Shown: positions 36,678-44,912 of the stretch, one piece after another | Layout: every line of letters begins with the position of its first letter | How positions within the stretch are numbered: the stretch's first letter is position 1 | Assembly (NCBI GenBank): GCA_903928915.1 | Contig: CAIYSL010000102.1 | Coordinates: forward strand, 2,035-66,034 | Source of the DNA: an uncultured Syntrophobacterales bacterium | Lineage (GTDB): Bacteria; Desulfobacterota; Syntrophia; Syntrophales; UBA5619 | Length of the DNA: 64,000 bases | Direction: 5' to 3' | The notes under the pieces: model-generated | The model's database searches: none | What the model was told of the DNA's origin: nothing | What the model saw: the letters and a program-made list of their open reading frames with translations, nothing else | Made by a program: the position numbers and the translations under genes

Positions 36678-36977
36678 ATGGGACTCAGGAAGAGCGACAT
36701 CGTCGACTCCGTGTACGCGCAGCTCGACATCCCGAAAAACGAGTGCACCCGAATCGTCGAGAGCCTGTTCGAAATCGTCAAGGAAGACCTGGGCAACGGC
36801 AACGACGTCCTGATCTCCGGGTTCGGCAAATGGGTGGTGCGGGCGAAGAAGGAACGAAAAGGCAGGAACCCGCAGACGGGCAAAGACCTGACGATCGATG
36901 CACGGAGGACCGTCACCTTTAAGCCGTCCGCGATGCTCAAGAATGCCTTGAACCGGCCGGCGAGCATGGATGGATGA
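36678..36977 (+). CDS. HU/IHF-family DNA-binding protein (IHF-alpha-like)
   Basis: ISGFGKWVVRAKKERKGRNPQTGKDLTIDARRTVTFKPS is the HU/IHF beta-arm signature; 99 aa. Confidence 0.9.
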   Translation: MGLRKSDIVDSVYAQLDIPKNECTRIVESLFEIVKEDLGNGNDVLISGFGKWVVRAKKERKGRNPQTGKDLTIDARRTVTFKPSAMLKNALNRPASMDG

Positions 36978-36992
36978 TGACGCCGGCCCCCT

Positions 36993-38876
36993 TCAGCCCT
37001 CGTCCAGACCCAATTCCCGGCGCCGTTGAGCGGTGGGAACCCCTGTAGCGGGATCCCAGCCCCGCAGTCGGTAGTACTCGCCGAGCATCCGCTCGTACTT
37101 TCCCCTGTCCAATCGCTCGCCCCGGGCGGGCCCGGTCGCAACGGGTTCTTCCAGCAGCCGGCGGGGCGGAAGGTCGTCTGCCCTCCCCATCCCCTCCCGG
37201 ACGTTGAACAGCCGTTCCAGGTTCCAGATGCGTTCGCCGATCTTTTCGAGTTCCTCCACCGGGATCTGCCATCCCGTGGCGGCGGCGAGCATGCGCCGGA
37301 AATGGCTCGGCTGGAGGGGCTTGAGGGCAATACCCTCCAGCTTGCAGAGGCCGAGCGAATCCACGACGCAGTGCCAGTTCTCATGCCAGCGCATGAGCGC
37401 AGCCTTGGTCTCGTACCGGAGCCAATAGTCGGGCGTGACGCTGATGCCGGTCTCCGCGCGGATGGCATCCGCGTACAGTGCCGGCGCTACCTCGTACAGC
37501 GAAAGCCCTTTGAGATGATCGCCGCCCCGGGGGGAGACGGAGAAGGAGAGGGCCATCCCTTTTGTCCCGCGGATGTCCACCGCCGGGTAGTCCAGCCCCT
37601 TGCTGTGGACCACCAGGTCGGCGCCCCCCACCTTCCGGGCCGCACGGCAGGCGCCTTCGGCCAGCAGGTCGCCGACCCCCTCCCGGAGTGCGATCTTCCG
37701 GATCAGCGCGATCATCGCCGCGTCGTTTCCGAAGCATAGATCGATCCCGTCGAGCTGCTCCCGGCTCAGGATCCCCTTTTCGCGCAATTCCATAGCCCAG
37801 GCGAGCGTGTTCCCCGTGGAGATGGTGTCCAGCCCCAGTTGGTTGCAGAGCGTATTCGCGTGCAGGATGGCCGCGAAGTTGTCGTTGCCGCACTTGGAGC
37901 CGAGTGCGGCAATGGTCTCATATTCGGGGCCCTCCCCGCGCGTCGCGGCATGGGGCCCCGCTGCGACTTCATAGTACCGGCTGCAGGCCACGGGACAGTT
38001 GTAGCATCCCTTGTGCCTGACACCGTAGAGTTTCCAGAAGGCTTCTCCCCCCAATTTCTCGGCGCCGCTGAACGTGGACTCCTGGAAATTCCGGGTCGGC
38101 AGGAACCCCAGGGCCTGCGCCAGCGGGGTGATGGCCAGGGTGCCGTGGGTCTTGGCCGATTCATACAGTGGGTCAGCAAGAATGGCCCCGACCGCCTCAG
38201 CGACCGCCTCCTGCAGCGCCGCCTTGTCGGCGACGAGGATGCCCCGGTCGCCGCGCACGGCTATGGCCTTGAGGTTCTTCGCCCCCATCACGGCGCCCGG
38301 GCCGCAGCGTGCCGCGGCCCGGGCGTGGTTGCAGATGATCGCCGCAAAACGGACCAGGTTCTCACCCGCCGGGCCGATGTAGGCCACCTGGGCCGTCCTC
38401 TCCCCGATATCCTCCCGCACGAGTTCGTCGGTGTCCCAGGTGTCCTTCCCCCAGAATGGCCGGGCATCGCGGATTTCCACGTGGTCGTTGTCGATCCAGA
38501 GATAGACGGGATGCCGTGCCTTCCCGGTTATCACCAGGTGGTCGTATCCCGCCAGCTTCAATTCCGCCCCCCAGTGGCCGCCGCAGTTTGCGTCGCCGAA
38601 GATTCCGGTGAGCGGAGACTTGAAGGTCACGCTGAATCGGCCCGAGCAGGGGGCCAGGGTGCCGCCGAGCGGTCCGACCCCGAAGATGAGCGGCGCCGCC
38701 GGGCTGTAGGGGTCGGTGGACGGAGAGACGCGGTCGTACAGGAGGCGAGCGTTGATCCCGGCCTGCCCGAGATAGCCATACGCCAAGTCCTCCGTGAGGT
38801 CCCGCCGGTGAACGGCCTGCGCGCTCAGATCCACCTCGACGATCGTCCCTGTCCAGCCGTACCATTTCCTACGCAT
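36993..38876 (-). CDS. Aldehyde:ferredoxin oxidoreductase family, paralog 3 (BamB/WOR-like N-terminus)
   Basis: WTGTIVEVDLSAQAVHRRDLTEDLAYGYLGQAGINARLLYD; GEGPEYETIAALGS; 627 aa. The start overlaps the upstream ferredoxin stop (ATGCGTAG). Confidence 0.9.
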   Translation of the reverse strand: MRRKWYGWTGTIVEVDLSAQAVHRRDLTEDLAYGYLGQAGINARLLYDRVSPSTDPYSPAAPLIFGVGPLGGTLAPCSGRFSVTFKSPLTGIFGDANCGGHWGAELKLAGYDHLVITGKARHPVYLWIDNDHVEIRDARPFWGKDTWDTDELVREDIGERTAQVAYIGPAGENLVRFAAIICNHARAAARCGPGAVMGAKNLKAIAVRGDRGILVADKAALQEAVAEAVGAILADPLYESAKTHGTLAITPLAQALGFLPTRNFQESTFSGAEKLGGEAFWKLYGVRHKGCYNCPVACSRYYEVAAGPHAATRGEGPEYETIAALGSKCGNDNFAAILHANTLCNQLGLDTISTGNTLAWAMELREKGILSREQLDGIDLCFGNDAAMIALIRKIALREGVGDLLAEGACRAARKVGGADLVVHSKGLDYPAVDIRGTKGMALSFSVSPRGGDHLKGLSLYEVAPALYADAIRAETGISVTPDYWLRYETKAALMRWHENWHCVVDSLGLCKLEGIALKPLQPSHFRRMLAAATGWQIPVEELEKIGERIWNLERLFNVREGMGRADDLPPRRLLEEPVATGPARGERLDRGKYERMLGEYYRLRGWDPATGVPTAQRRRELGLDEG

Positions 38877-39156
38877 CTTCGGCCTCCTCCTGATTCATCC
38901 GCAGGGCACCGAACAGGCAGGCCCGAACGCACGCGGGTTCTTCCTTGTCCGGGGAATCGGACTTACCGCAGAACCGCTCCGTGCACTCCATGTTGATGAC
39001 CGGATAGTCGCGGCGGCCTGCGTCCAGTCTCATGACATGAATCCCGGCGAGCCGCGGATTGAGCGGTCCCGGATCGTGCCAGGAACAGGCGACCTCACAG
39101 CGGCGGCACCCCCGGCAGTTCTCCGGGGTAATCGTGATGGAAACCCCAGCGGCCAT
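38869..39156 (-). CDS. Small 4Fe-4S ferredoxin-like protein
   Basis: ATG at 39156 (GAGGAGGG 6 nt upstream). CRGCRRCEVAC...C...CGKS...CVRAC Cys pattern; 95 aa. Translationally coupled to AOR paralog 3. Confidence 0.75.
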   Translation of the reverse strand: MAAGVSITITPENCRGCRRCEVACSWHDPGPLNPRLAGIHVMRLDAGRRDYPVINMECTERFCGKSDSPDKEEPACVRACLFGALRMNQEEAEDA

Positions 39157-39202
39157 GTGCATCCCTCCTCGACAGGCTGACCCTCTTTGCCGTTGCGGCA
39201 AT

Positions 39203-39242
39203 AAAAAAATCCCCAGGCTGATGATCATCAGCTTGGGGATTT
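39203..39242 (-). terminator. Rho-independent terminator (expression platform of the riboswitch)
   Basis: Minus strand AAATCCCCAAGCTGATGA/TCATCAGCCTGGGGATTT (17 of 18 positions pair), followed by TTTTTTT. Confidence 0.85.
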
Positions 39243-39265
39243 ACCTTCTCTCCAAGTTACCCGTT

Positions 39266-39450
39266 GAGCGTCGGCAGGTCTTCTGGCTTATGGATCTTCC
39301 TACGTCCCGCGCCTTCCCACGCCGCTTCGCCCGTCAGGACATTCCGGCACAGTGGCTTCCAGCGGGATTTCGTCCCCATTCACAGCGGCGGGTCCGTGCC
39401 GGAATCGCACCGGCTTCCCTTTCAGGCCTGCGGCAGGCCACCAGACGCTC
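39266..39450 (-). ncRNA. Cobalamin (B12) riboswitch
   Basis: Minus strand: P1 GAGCGUC...GACGCUC. Core AAAGGGAAGCCGGUGCGAUUCCGGCACGGACCCGCCGCUGUGAAUGGGGACGAA. Also GCCACUG, GUGGGAAGGCG and the B12 box AUAAGCCAGAAGACCUGCC. All conserved blocks are in the canonical order. Confidence 0.9.
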
Positions 39451-39617
39451 GTCAATCTTCAGCGGCCTTATGGCATACCTCCGGCACTCAGTCAATGCCT
39501 TATACAACAACAATCGCCGCTCGCGGCAGCGCCACCTATCCGCTCGCCAACATCATCTCCGGACAAGCTTCGGCAGGAACGGTGGTGATTGGATGAACAG
39601 TACATAGTTGCCCATTC

Positions 39618-39664
39618 GTCACCCAGGAGGATTCGAACCTCCGACATTCAGATTCGTAGTCTAA
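39618..39664 (-). other. 3' fragment of tRNA-Arg(ACG): anticodon arm + variable loop + T-arm + 3' acceptor strand; no 5' half (candidate att-site remnant)
   Basis: Minus strand TTAGA-CTACGAA-TCTGA ATGTC GGAGG-TTCGAAT-CCTCC TGGGTGA C. The upstream ~30 nt cannot form a D-arm or a complementary TCACCCA acceptor strand. Confidence 0.7.
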
Positions 39665-39818
39665 TATCGCCGTGTTTCCGCTTTCGTCCAGTCAATCGAC
39701 CGCTGCACAACTGTCAGTGATGTTTTTCTCCACCCCGCGCGAGCAGCATAACCCGAGTGTATAAAAAGGATGCCCATTAAAGCCCCCCGGCTGCGCATCT
39801 GCCAGATCAGACCCAAAG

Positions 39819-39848
39819 TTGATTTGTCTGGGATATAACCCGATAATA
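39819..39848 (+). promoter_or_regulatory. Sigma-70-type promoter of the signalling module
   Basis: TTGATT (39819-39824)-N17-GATAAT/ATAATA (39842-39848), ~20 nt upstream of the ATG at 39866. Confidence 0.5.
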
Positions 39849-39865
39849 TGGTATAAGATACCGTC

Positions 39866-40522
39866 ATGCAAGGACAAGAGATGATCGGGGAACCGTTGAT
39901 TACTCGTTGGATACGTTTTCGGAACGCAATTGAAAAATGCGGTTTGGCCCTTATCGCTGTTGCCATTGTTGCGCTATACTGGATCTTCGATGAAATCACC
40001 GATGGCCCGCTCACTAACCGGATACTCATCAGTATCTCCATCTTAGCCTATGGAGTCTTTACCCAGTTTCTGGTCAATGCAGAGAAGTCGGCACGAGATT
40101 CCCTCCAACGGACACACGACGAGCTGGAGCAGACAAACGAAAAACTCGCGACTGCCAATGAAAAGCTCGAACTGGCATATGCCTGGATGCGGGACAAACG
40201 TGACGACTTGGAGCAACAGCTGTACCAAGAGCATATCGGCTTTTTGATCAATCAAGAGGGGAAAATCGAAGGAGTGACGGAACGGGCGCTGGTGGTTATG
40301 AAAACATCACGGGATGCATGCCTGGGGGCAGCTCTGATGCAACTCATCCCCAAAGGCAGCCAGGATGATTTCTCCCGGGAGTTGAAAGAAGCGTGGAGAG
40401 GCATGACGCATTATCTGAAAATGAAATTCATCATACCCGGAAATACGGAAAAGGAGTTCGAGATCGTTATGACCCGACTGACCGTTACCAGTAAGAGGAT
40501 GCTCCTCGTGATCTTGAGCTGA
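39866..40522 (+). CDS. 2-TM membrane protein with coiled coil and C-terminal PAS-like domain, no output domain
   Basis: TM hairpin GLALIAVAIVALYWIFDEITDGPLTNRILISISILAYGVFTQFLVN. Coiled coil DELEQTNEKLATANEKLELAYAWMRDKRDDLEQQ. The C-terminal ~100 aa have a PAS-like pattern. Confidence 0.75.
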   Translation: MQGQEMIGEPLITRWIRFRNAIEKCGLALIAVAIVALYWIFDEITDGPLTNRILISISILAYGVFTQFLVNAEKSARDSLQRTHDELEQTNEKLATANEKLELAYAWMRDKRDDLEQQLYQEHIGFLINQEGKIEGVTERALVVMKTSRDACLGAALMQLIPKGSQDDFSRELKEAWRGMTHYLKMKFIIPGNTEKEFEIVMTRLTVTSKRMLLVILS

Positions 40523-40816
40523 TATTCGGCATTCGCTTCGGTCAGATACCGAATTCGTGACACCCGGGTACGGAACTTAAGAGCTTGCTCGAAAACAACC
40601 ATTGTGATAGATGCAACTACCACAGCGCGAAAGAAAGCCGAGTGTCAAAAGGGGGAACACGCGATGAGATGCGCCTCCATTCACAGAGAAAGGCGTCGCG
40701 TCATCTCAGTCGGGTGGACGTGGCACGACAACACGTATCATCATGAGGTAAAGAAGTAACTTGTTCAACTGGCTCATCAGGGTCGCCGCTTACCGCCCCA
40801 GAATGCGAAACGGCAT

Positions 40817-41857
40817 ATGCTGACCAAGGGTGCAAACGAACACAGATATCGAATAGGCAGGGTGGCGGGAAACTGTCAAGGTTATGGAACAGTTACCTGG
40901 GCAGACGGAAGCCGTTATGAGGGTGAGTTCTTAAACGACCACCTGAATGGACAAGGTACCTTCACGTGGCCGGACAAGGGCAGCTACAAGGGAACCTTCG
41001 AGGGCAGCCTGCCACACGGGCAGGGAGTTTATACGTGGCCTGAGGGAACAACATGCCAGTCCACATGGGATGCCGGCAGGGATAGGGAAACAGAAGAAAG
41101 GCTGCTAGCCGAGGAAGAAGCGCGCAGATTAGCAGAGGAAGAGGCGCTTCGAAGGGCTGAAGAAGAGGCGCGAAGATTAGCAGAGGAAGAGGCGCTTCGA
41201 AGGGCCGAAGAAGAGGCACGAAAAAAGGCCGAAGAAGAGGCGCGAAGATTAGCAGAGGAAGAGGCGCTTCGAAGGGCCGAAGAAGAGGCACGAAAAAAGG
41301 CCGAAGAAGAGGCGCGAAGATTAGCAGAGGAAGAAGAGGCGCGAAGAAAAGCCGAGGAGATACTGCAACAGATAGGGCCATTTGCGCAGCTGCATAGAAC
41401 CCCGAAGGAAGAAAAGAAGGAGCAAACCCTCAGACCCGTGCCGCTGACGAGCGCGGACTCACCGGTGATAATCCTGCCTGACGGCAGTCAATACCTGGGT
41501 GAAGTGCAGGACGGATTGCCGCACGGCCGAGGAATGGTGACATACACGGATGGCGGCAAGTATGTTGGGGAATGGAATGCAGGTAAGTATGAAGGTTATG
41601 GGGTGGTTGCCATGGCCGACGGCTCGCTTTACGCAGGCCAAATGCGGGAGGGCAAGAAACACGGTCGGGGAATGCTGACCACACCCAGCGGCGAAACATT
41701 GATCGGAGACTGGAAGAATGACCGGTACGAAGGACCCGGGACCATTGCCCTAGCCGGGAATAAAGGTATCATAACCTTGGCCAACGGGAAGCGGTATGCG
41801 ATGATCTTGAATCCCGACAGTAGTTCGATTGCCTCGCTAGCATACATCGGTGATTAG
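40817..41857 (+). CDS. MORN-repeat protein with a central charged Ala/Glu/Arg tandem-repeat helix
   Basis: MORN units Y-x-G-x-[FW]-x-x-x-x-x-x-G-x-G (YEGEFLNDHLNGQG, YKGTFEGSLPHGQG, YLGEVQDGLPHGRG, YVGEWNAGKYEGYG, YAGQMREGKKHGRG) flank the (AEEEALRRAEEEARKKAEEEARRL)n region. No obvious RBS. Confidence 0.8.
   Translation: MLTKGANEHRYRIGRVAGNCQGYGTVTWADGSRYEGEFLNDHLNGQGTFTWPDKGSYKGTFEGSLPHGQGVYTWPEGTTCQSTWDAGRDRETEERLLAEEEARRLAEEEALRRAEEEARRLAEEEALRRAEEEARKKAEEEARRLAEEEALRRAEEEARKKAEEEARRLAEEEEARRKAEEILQQIGPFAQLHRTPKEEKKEQTLRPVPLTSADSPVIILPDGSQYLGEVQDGLPHGRGMVTYTDGGKYVGEWNAGKYEGYGVVAMADGSLYAGQMREGKKHGRGMLTTPSGETLIGDWKNDRYEGPGTIALAGNKGIITLANGKRYAMILNPDSSSIASLAYIGD
41131..41346 (+). repeat. In-frame tandem DNA repeat (one 48-nt unit, then two 72-nt units, then a partial unit)
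   Basis: The seed agcagaggaagaggcgcttcgaagggc recurs at 41131, 41179 and 41251, with a diverging copy (agcagaggaagaagaggcgcg) at 41323. The 72-nt units are near-identical. Confidence 0.9.
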
Positions 41858-41908
41858 ACCGGCAGATCATTGAAAATACCCGCCCGGTCGATGCGAAGGA
41901 AAAGCAAG

Positions 41909-42481
41909 ATGGAAAGAATATTTCGTGAGCTCTCCGGAGGAAACCTTGTCGATTTTCAGAAGGGAAATAATCCGCTGGAGGGTGAAGGGTCCATCACCTA
42001 TGAAGGCGGCGCCCAGTACACGGGCTTTTTAAAAGATACGGTCTCCAATGGAAGCGGCGCGTTCACGTGGCCCGACGGAAGCCGTTACGAGGGGATCTGG
42101 CTTAATGGACTTCCCCACGGCATGGGTACCATAACCCTCCCTGACGGACATAAGTATTCCGGAGAATGGCAGCATGGCATACCAGAGGGCGAGGGGTTGG
42201 AAGTGCTCCCCGATGGCGCACGGTATAACGGCAACTGGAAAAACGGCATGATCAACGGGCAGGGAGAAATGGTATTCGCCGACGGGAAGAAATACATCGG
42301 GGAATGGATGGACGGCATGCAACATGGCAAGGGAACCCTCTGCTTTCCCGATGAATCCCGATATGAGGGGCAATGGGAGAATAATAAAATATTCGGAGCA
42401 GGAGAGTTGATATTCTGGGACGGAAAACGCTACAAGGGTGAGTGGAAAGGCGATAAATTTTACGGTCATTTCGGCGTGTAA
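41909..42481 (+). CDS. MORN-repeat protein (second)
   Basis: ATG at 41909 (AGGAAAAG upstream). Seven or eight consecutive MORN units (YTGFLKDTVSNGSG, YEGIWLNGLPHGMG, YSGEWQHGIPEGEG, YNGNWKNGMINGQG, YIGEWMDGMQHGKG, YEGQWENNKIFGAG, YKGEWKGDKFYG). Confidence 0.85.
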   Translation: MERIFRELSGGNLVDFQKGNNPLEGEGSITYEGGAQYTGFLKDTVSNGSGAFTWPDGSRYEGIWLNGLPHGMGTITLPDGHKYSGEWQHGIPEGEGLEVLPDGARYNGNWKNGMINGQGEMVFADGKKYIGEWMDGMQHGKGTLCFPDESRYEGQWENNKIFGAGELIFWDGKRYKGEWKGDKFYGHFGV

Positions 42482-42492
42482 GCGTCATCTCT

Positions 42493-43458
42493 ATGGAAGG
42501 AGACTCATCGAGAATCGCACAAACGTCTTCGACCCGGCAGCAGATAGAGGCCAACGGACTCATCGTGATTGCCATCGCGATGGTCTTGATCTACTGGGTC
42601 CTGGACTCCATGGCATCGGAACAAGTCTTCACACGCTTGATCATCGCCTGCCTGGTCATCGTGTATGGTTTCATGACCCAGTCATTGATCAACGGCCGAA
42701 AAGCGGCCTTGAGGGAGAAAGAGAAGACACTGGAGCAATTGGTGCAGTCAGAAAGTCTTGCCGCTATAGGTCAGCTTGTAGCTGGAATTGCCCACGAGCT
42801 GAACAATCCTATCGCAAGCGCTTCGAGCCTGATCCAATCGGATCTGGAGATGATCGAACAACAAACAGAGAAGCGGAACATAGACGCAACGCTGTTTACC
42901 GATCTTTCCTTCGCCTTCAAAGAACTGAACAAGACCAAAGAAATCGTGAGGAGTATTCTCAACCTTTCCCGTCAGACCCAGACCTATCTCGAAGATGTCA
43001 ACATGAATGCGGTCATCGACGATGCCCTGAAGGTGCTCTATAATCAATACAAATCACTGGATATCGCCATTGACAAACATTACGATCCGAACCTCCCGAC
43101 GATACCGGGGAATTTTTCCGACCTGGGGCAAGTATTTTTAAACATCATCGGCAATGCACTACAGGCACTGCCAGACCGCAAGGGGAGCATTACCTTGGCG
43201 ACATCGTACGAGCGCGAGGGGAATTTTATTGTGGCCGAATGCCGTGACAACGGCGTCGGAATTTCTCCCGAGATCAGCAAGGACATCTTTAAACCCTTTT
43301 TCACCACCAAAGACGTCGGGCAAGGGACAGGGCTCGGTCTTTACATATCCCATGAAATCATTAAGAAACATGCGGGAGAGATCCGTGTGAAAAGCGAGCC
43401 GGGAACCGGGACGTCCTTCACCATCAGGCTGCCGCGCAAGAGGAGCGAAGAATCGTGA
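42493..43458 (+). CDS. Histidine kinase with N-terminal 2-TM hairpin
   Basis: H-box AGIAHELNNPIAS; N/G boxes NIIGNALQAL, RDNGVGI, GTGLGLYISHEII. Starts 12 nt after the MORN gene stop. Confidence 0.9.
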   Translation: MEGDSSRIAQTSSTRQQIEANGLIVIAIAMVLIYWVLDSMASEQVFTRLIIACLVIVYGFMTQSLINGRKAALREKEKTLEQLVQSESLAAIGQLVAGIAHELNNPIASASSLIQSDLEMIEQQTEKRNIDATLFTDLSFAFKELNKTKEIVRSILNLSRQTQTYLEDVNMNAVIDDALKVLYNQYKSLDIAIDKHYDPNLPTIPGNFSDLGQVFLNIIGNALQALPDRKGSITLATSYEREGNFIVAECRDNGVGISPEISKDIFKPFFTTKDVGQGTGLGLYISHEIIKKHAGEIRVKSEPGTGTSFTIRLPRKRSEES

Positions 43459-44438
43459 AGATTCTGATCGTCGACGACGAAGAAGGCATCCGCATATCCC
43501 TGAAACGGGTCCTGGAACGGGACGACTATGAAGTCCTTGCGGCGGAAAGCGGGAGTGAGGGCATCGAGGTCGTCCGCAAGTTTCCGGAAGACATCGAGAC
43601 GGTGATTTCCGATTTTAGAATGCCCGGAATAGACGGCCTGGAAACGTTGACGGAGATCGGCCGGATCAATCCGGATATCATCAGAATCATCCTTACCGGG
43701 TATGCGACACTGGACCGAGCCATCGAGACGGTCAACCTGGGCATCGACGGATTCCTCACCAAACCTTTTGATAACAACGAACTCAGGGCGAAAATCCGGG
43801 AATTTATCCTCAAGAAACGATTGAAGCAGTTCGTCTCAGAGCAGGTTCTCGGGGAAATGCAGCGGGCGGGAGGCAAACTCACGCCGCGAAAGCAGATCGT
43901 CAGCGTGCTGTTCACCGATATCCGGGGGTTTGCGGAAAAAACGGCCCGGATGGATGCACAGGATATTGCGAACCTTTTGAACATCAATTACTTTTTACCG
44001 TTGGATCGCATCGTCTTCGAATTTAACGGGACTTTGGACAAGCACATCGGCGACAGCATCATGGCAATTTTTGGCGCCCCCCTTTCTTACCCTGACGACG
44101 CCCTGCGGGCGGTATCCTGCGCAGTGAAAATGCGGGAACGGATGTCCGAAATAAATGAATCCCTGAAGGCGAAGAATGTCAAGATTCCGATCGGGATCGG
44201 GATTGCCACCGGAGAAGTGATGGCGGGGATGTTCGGTTCTCCGATCAAAAAGGAATATACTGTCTTGGGAACACCGGTCAATCTCGCTTCACGCTTGGAG
44301 CGTATGGCCGACGACGATCAAATCATCATCTGTCACCAAACAGCGCAACTGATTCGCAACGAGTTCGCCACCCGGATGATCGACCACGTCTGCCTCAAGG
44401 GAATAGAAGGCGAGCAATCCGTATTCCATATCATCTGA
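43455..44438 (+). CDS. Response regulator receiver fused to a class III adenylate/guanylate cyclase domain
   Basis: GTG start overlaps the HK stop (GTGA). REC: ILIVDDEEG, VISDFRMPGIDG, ILTGYA, GFLTKP. Cyclase: VSVLFTDIRGF, DKHIGDSIMAIFGAP, YTVLGTPVNLASRLE. The Lys/Thr substrate pair suggests ATP. Confidence 0.9.
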   Translation: MKILIVDDEEGIRISLKRVLERDDYEVLAAESGSEGIEVVRKFPEDIETVISDFRMPGIDGLETLTEIGRINPDIIRIILTGYATLDRAIETVNLGIDGFLTKPFDNNELRAKIREFILKKRLKQFVSEQVLGEMQRAGGKLTPRKQIVSVLFTDIRGFAEKTARMDAQDIANLLNINYFLPLDRIVFEFNGTLDKHIGDSIMAIFGAPLSYPDDALRAVSCAVKMRERMSEINESLKAKNVKIPIGIGIATGEVMAGMFGSPIKKEYTVLGTPVNLASRLERMADDDQIIICHQTAQLIRNEFATRMIDHVCLKGIEGEQSVFHII

Positions 44439-44464
44439 ACCCGGAATCTTGGTGCCTCCAGTCG

Positions 44465-44869
44465 TCAAGTCAATTTCGTCTCGATCTCGTGGATCAGTTC
44501 ATCCAGCTTGACGGGTTTAAACACGAAATAGTTGCCGCCGAATTGATAATCTCGCGCGCCCACCTCACCCCTCTTGACGATCGCCGTTACAAAGATAATC
44601 GGGATATTCTTGGTTGCGTCATCGCTTCGCAACGCCTCCGCAACCTGCGTTCCGGTCATGGTCGGCATGATAATGTCCAACAGGATGAGGTCCGGTTGAT
44701 ACCGCCTTGCAAGACTTATCCCCTCGGCGCCGCTGGTTGCGGTCAAGACCTTATAACTGCCTGTTTGCTCCAGGTTCAATTTGACAAAGTGGCAAAAATC
44801 TTCTTCGTCATCCACGATGAGCACCGTTTTTTTGGAGACGGATTGCTTGCTCTTGAAAAAGTCGATCAT
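44465..44869 (-). CDS. Single-domain response regulator (CheY-like)
   Basis: VLIVDDEEDF, DLILLDIIMPTMTG, IIFVTA, FVFKP; 134 aa. Confidence 0.9.
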   Translation of the reverse strand: MIDFFKSKQSVSKKTVLIVDDEEDFCHFVKLNLEQTGSYKVLTATSGAEGISLARRYQPDLILLDIIMPTMTGTQVAEALRSDDATKNIPIIFVTAIVKRGEVGARDYQFGGNYFVFKPVKLDELIHEIETKLT

Positions 44870-44912
44870 GGTATCCTCCCCTCGTCAAGCCCCTGCCTGG
44901 ATCTCTCGGAAT

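Noticed and set aside
39661-40041. Minus-strand ORF of 126 aa next to the tRNA fragment (a candidate small island gene)
   Set aside because: It overlaps the promoter and the first 59 codons of the well-supported plus-strand gene 39866..40522. It has no RBS and no recognisable features.
40664-40759. 31-codon ORF (MRCASIHRERRRVISVGWTWHDNTYHHEVKK) with AAGGGGGA upstream, in the 295-bp gap before the first MORN gene
   Set aside because: Too short to support from sequence alone, and no recognisable family. Kept only as a note, because the gap is otherwise unexplained and the MORN gene lacks an RBS.
43455-44438. Receiver-cyclase as a Pycsar/CBASS-like antiphage cyclase
   Set aside because: The cyclase is fused to a canonical phospho-receiver and translationally coupled to a histidine kinase. 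No effector with a cNMP-binding, TIR, TM or nuclease domain is adjacent. The stand-alone cNMP-binding protein at 25342 is 18 kb away, in the high-GC core.
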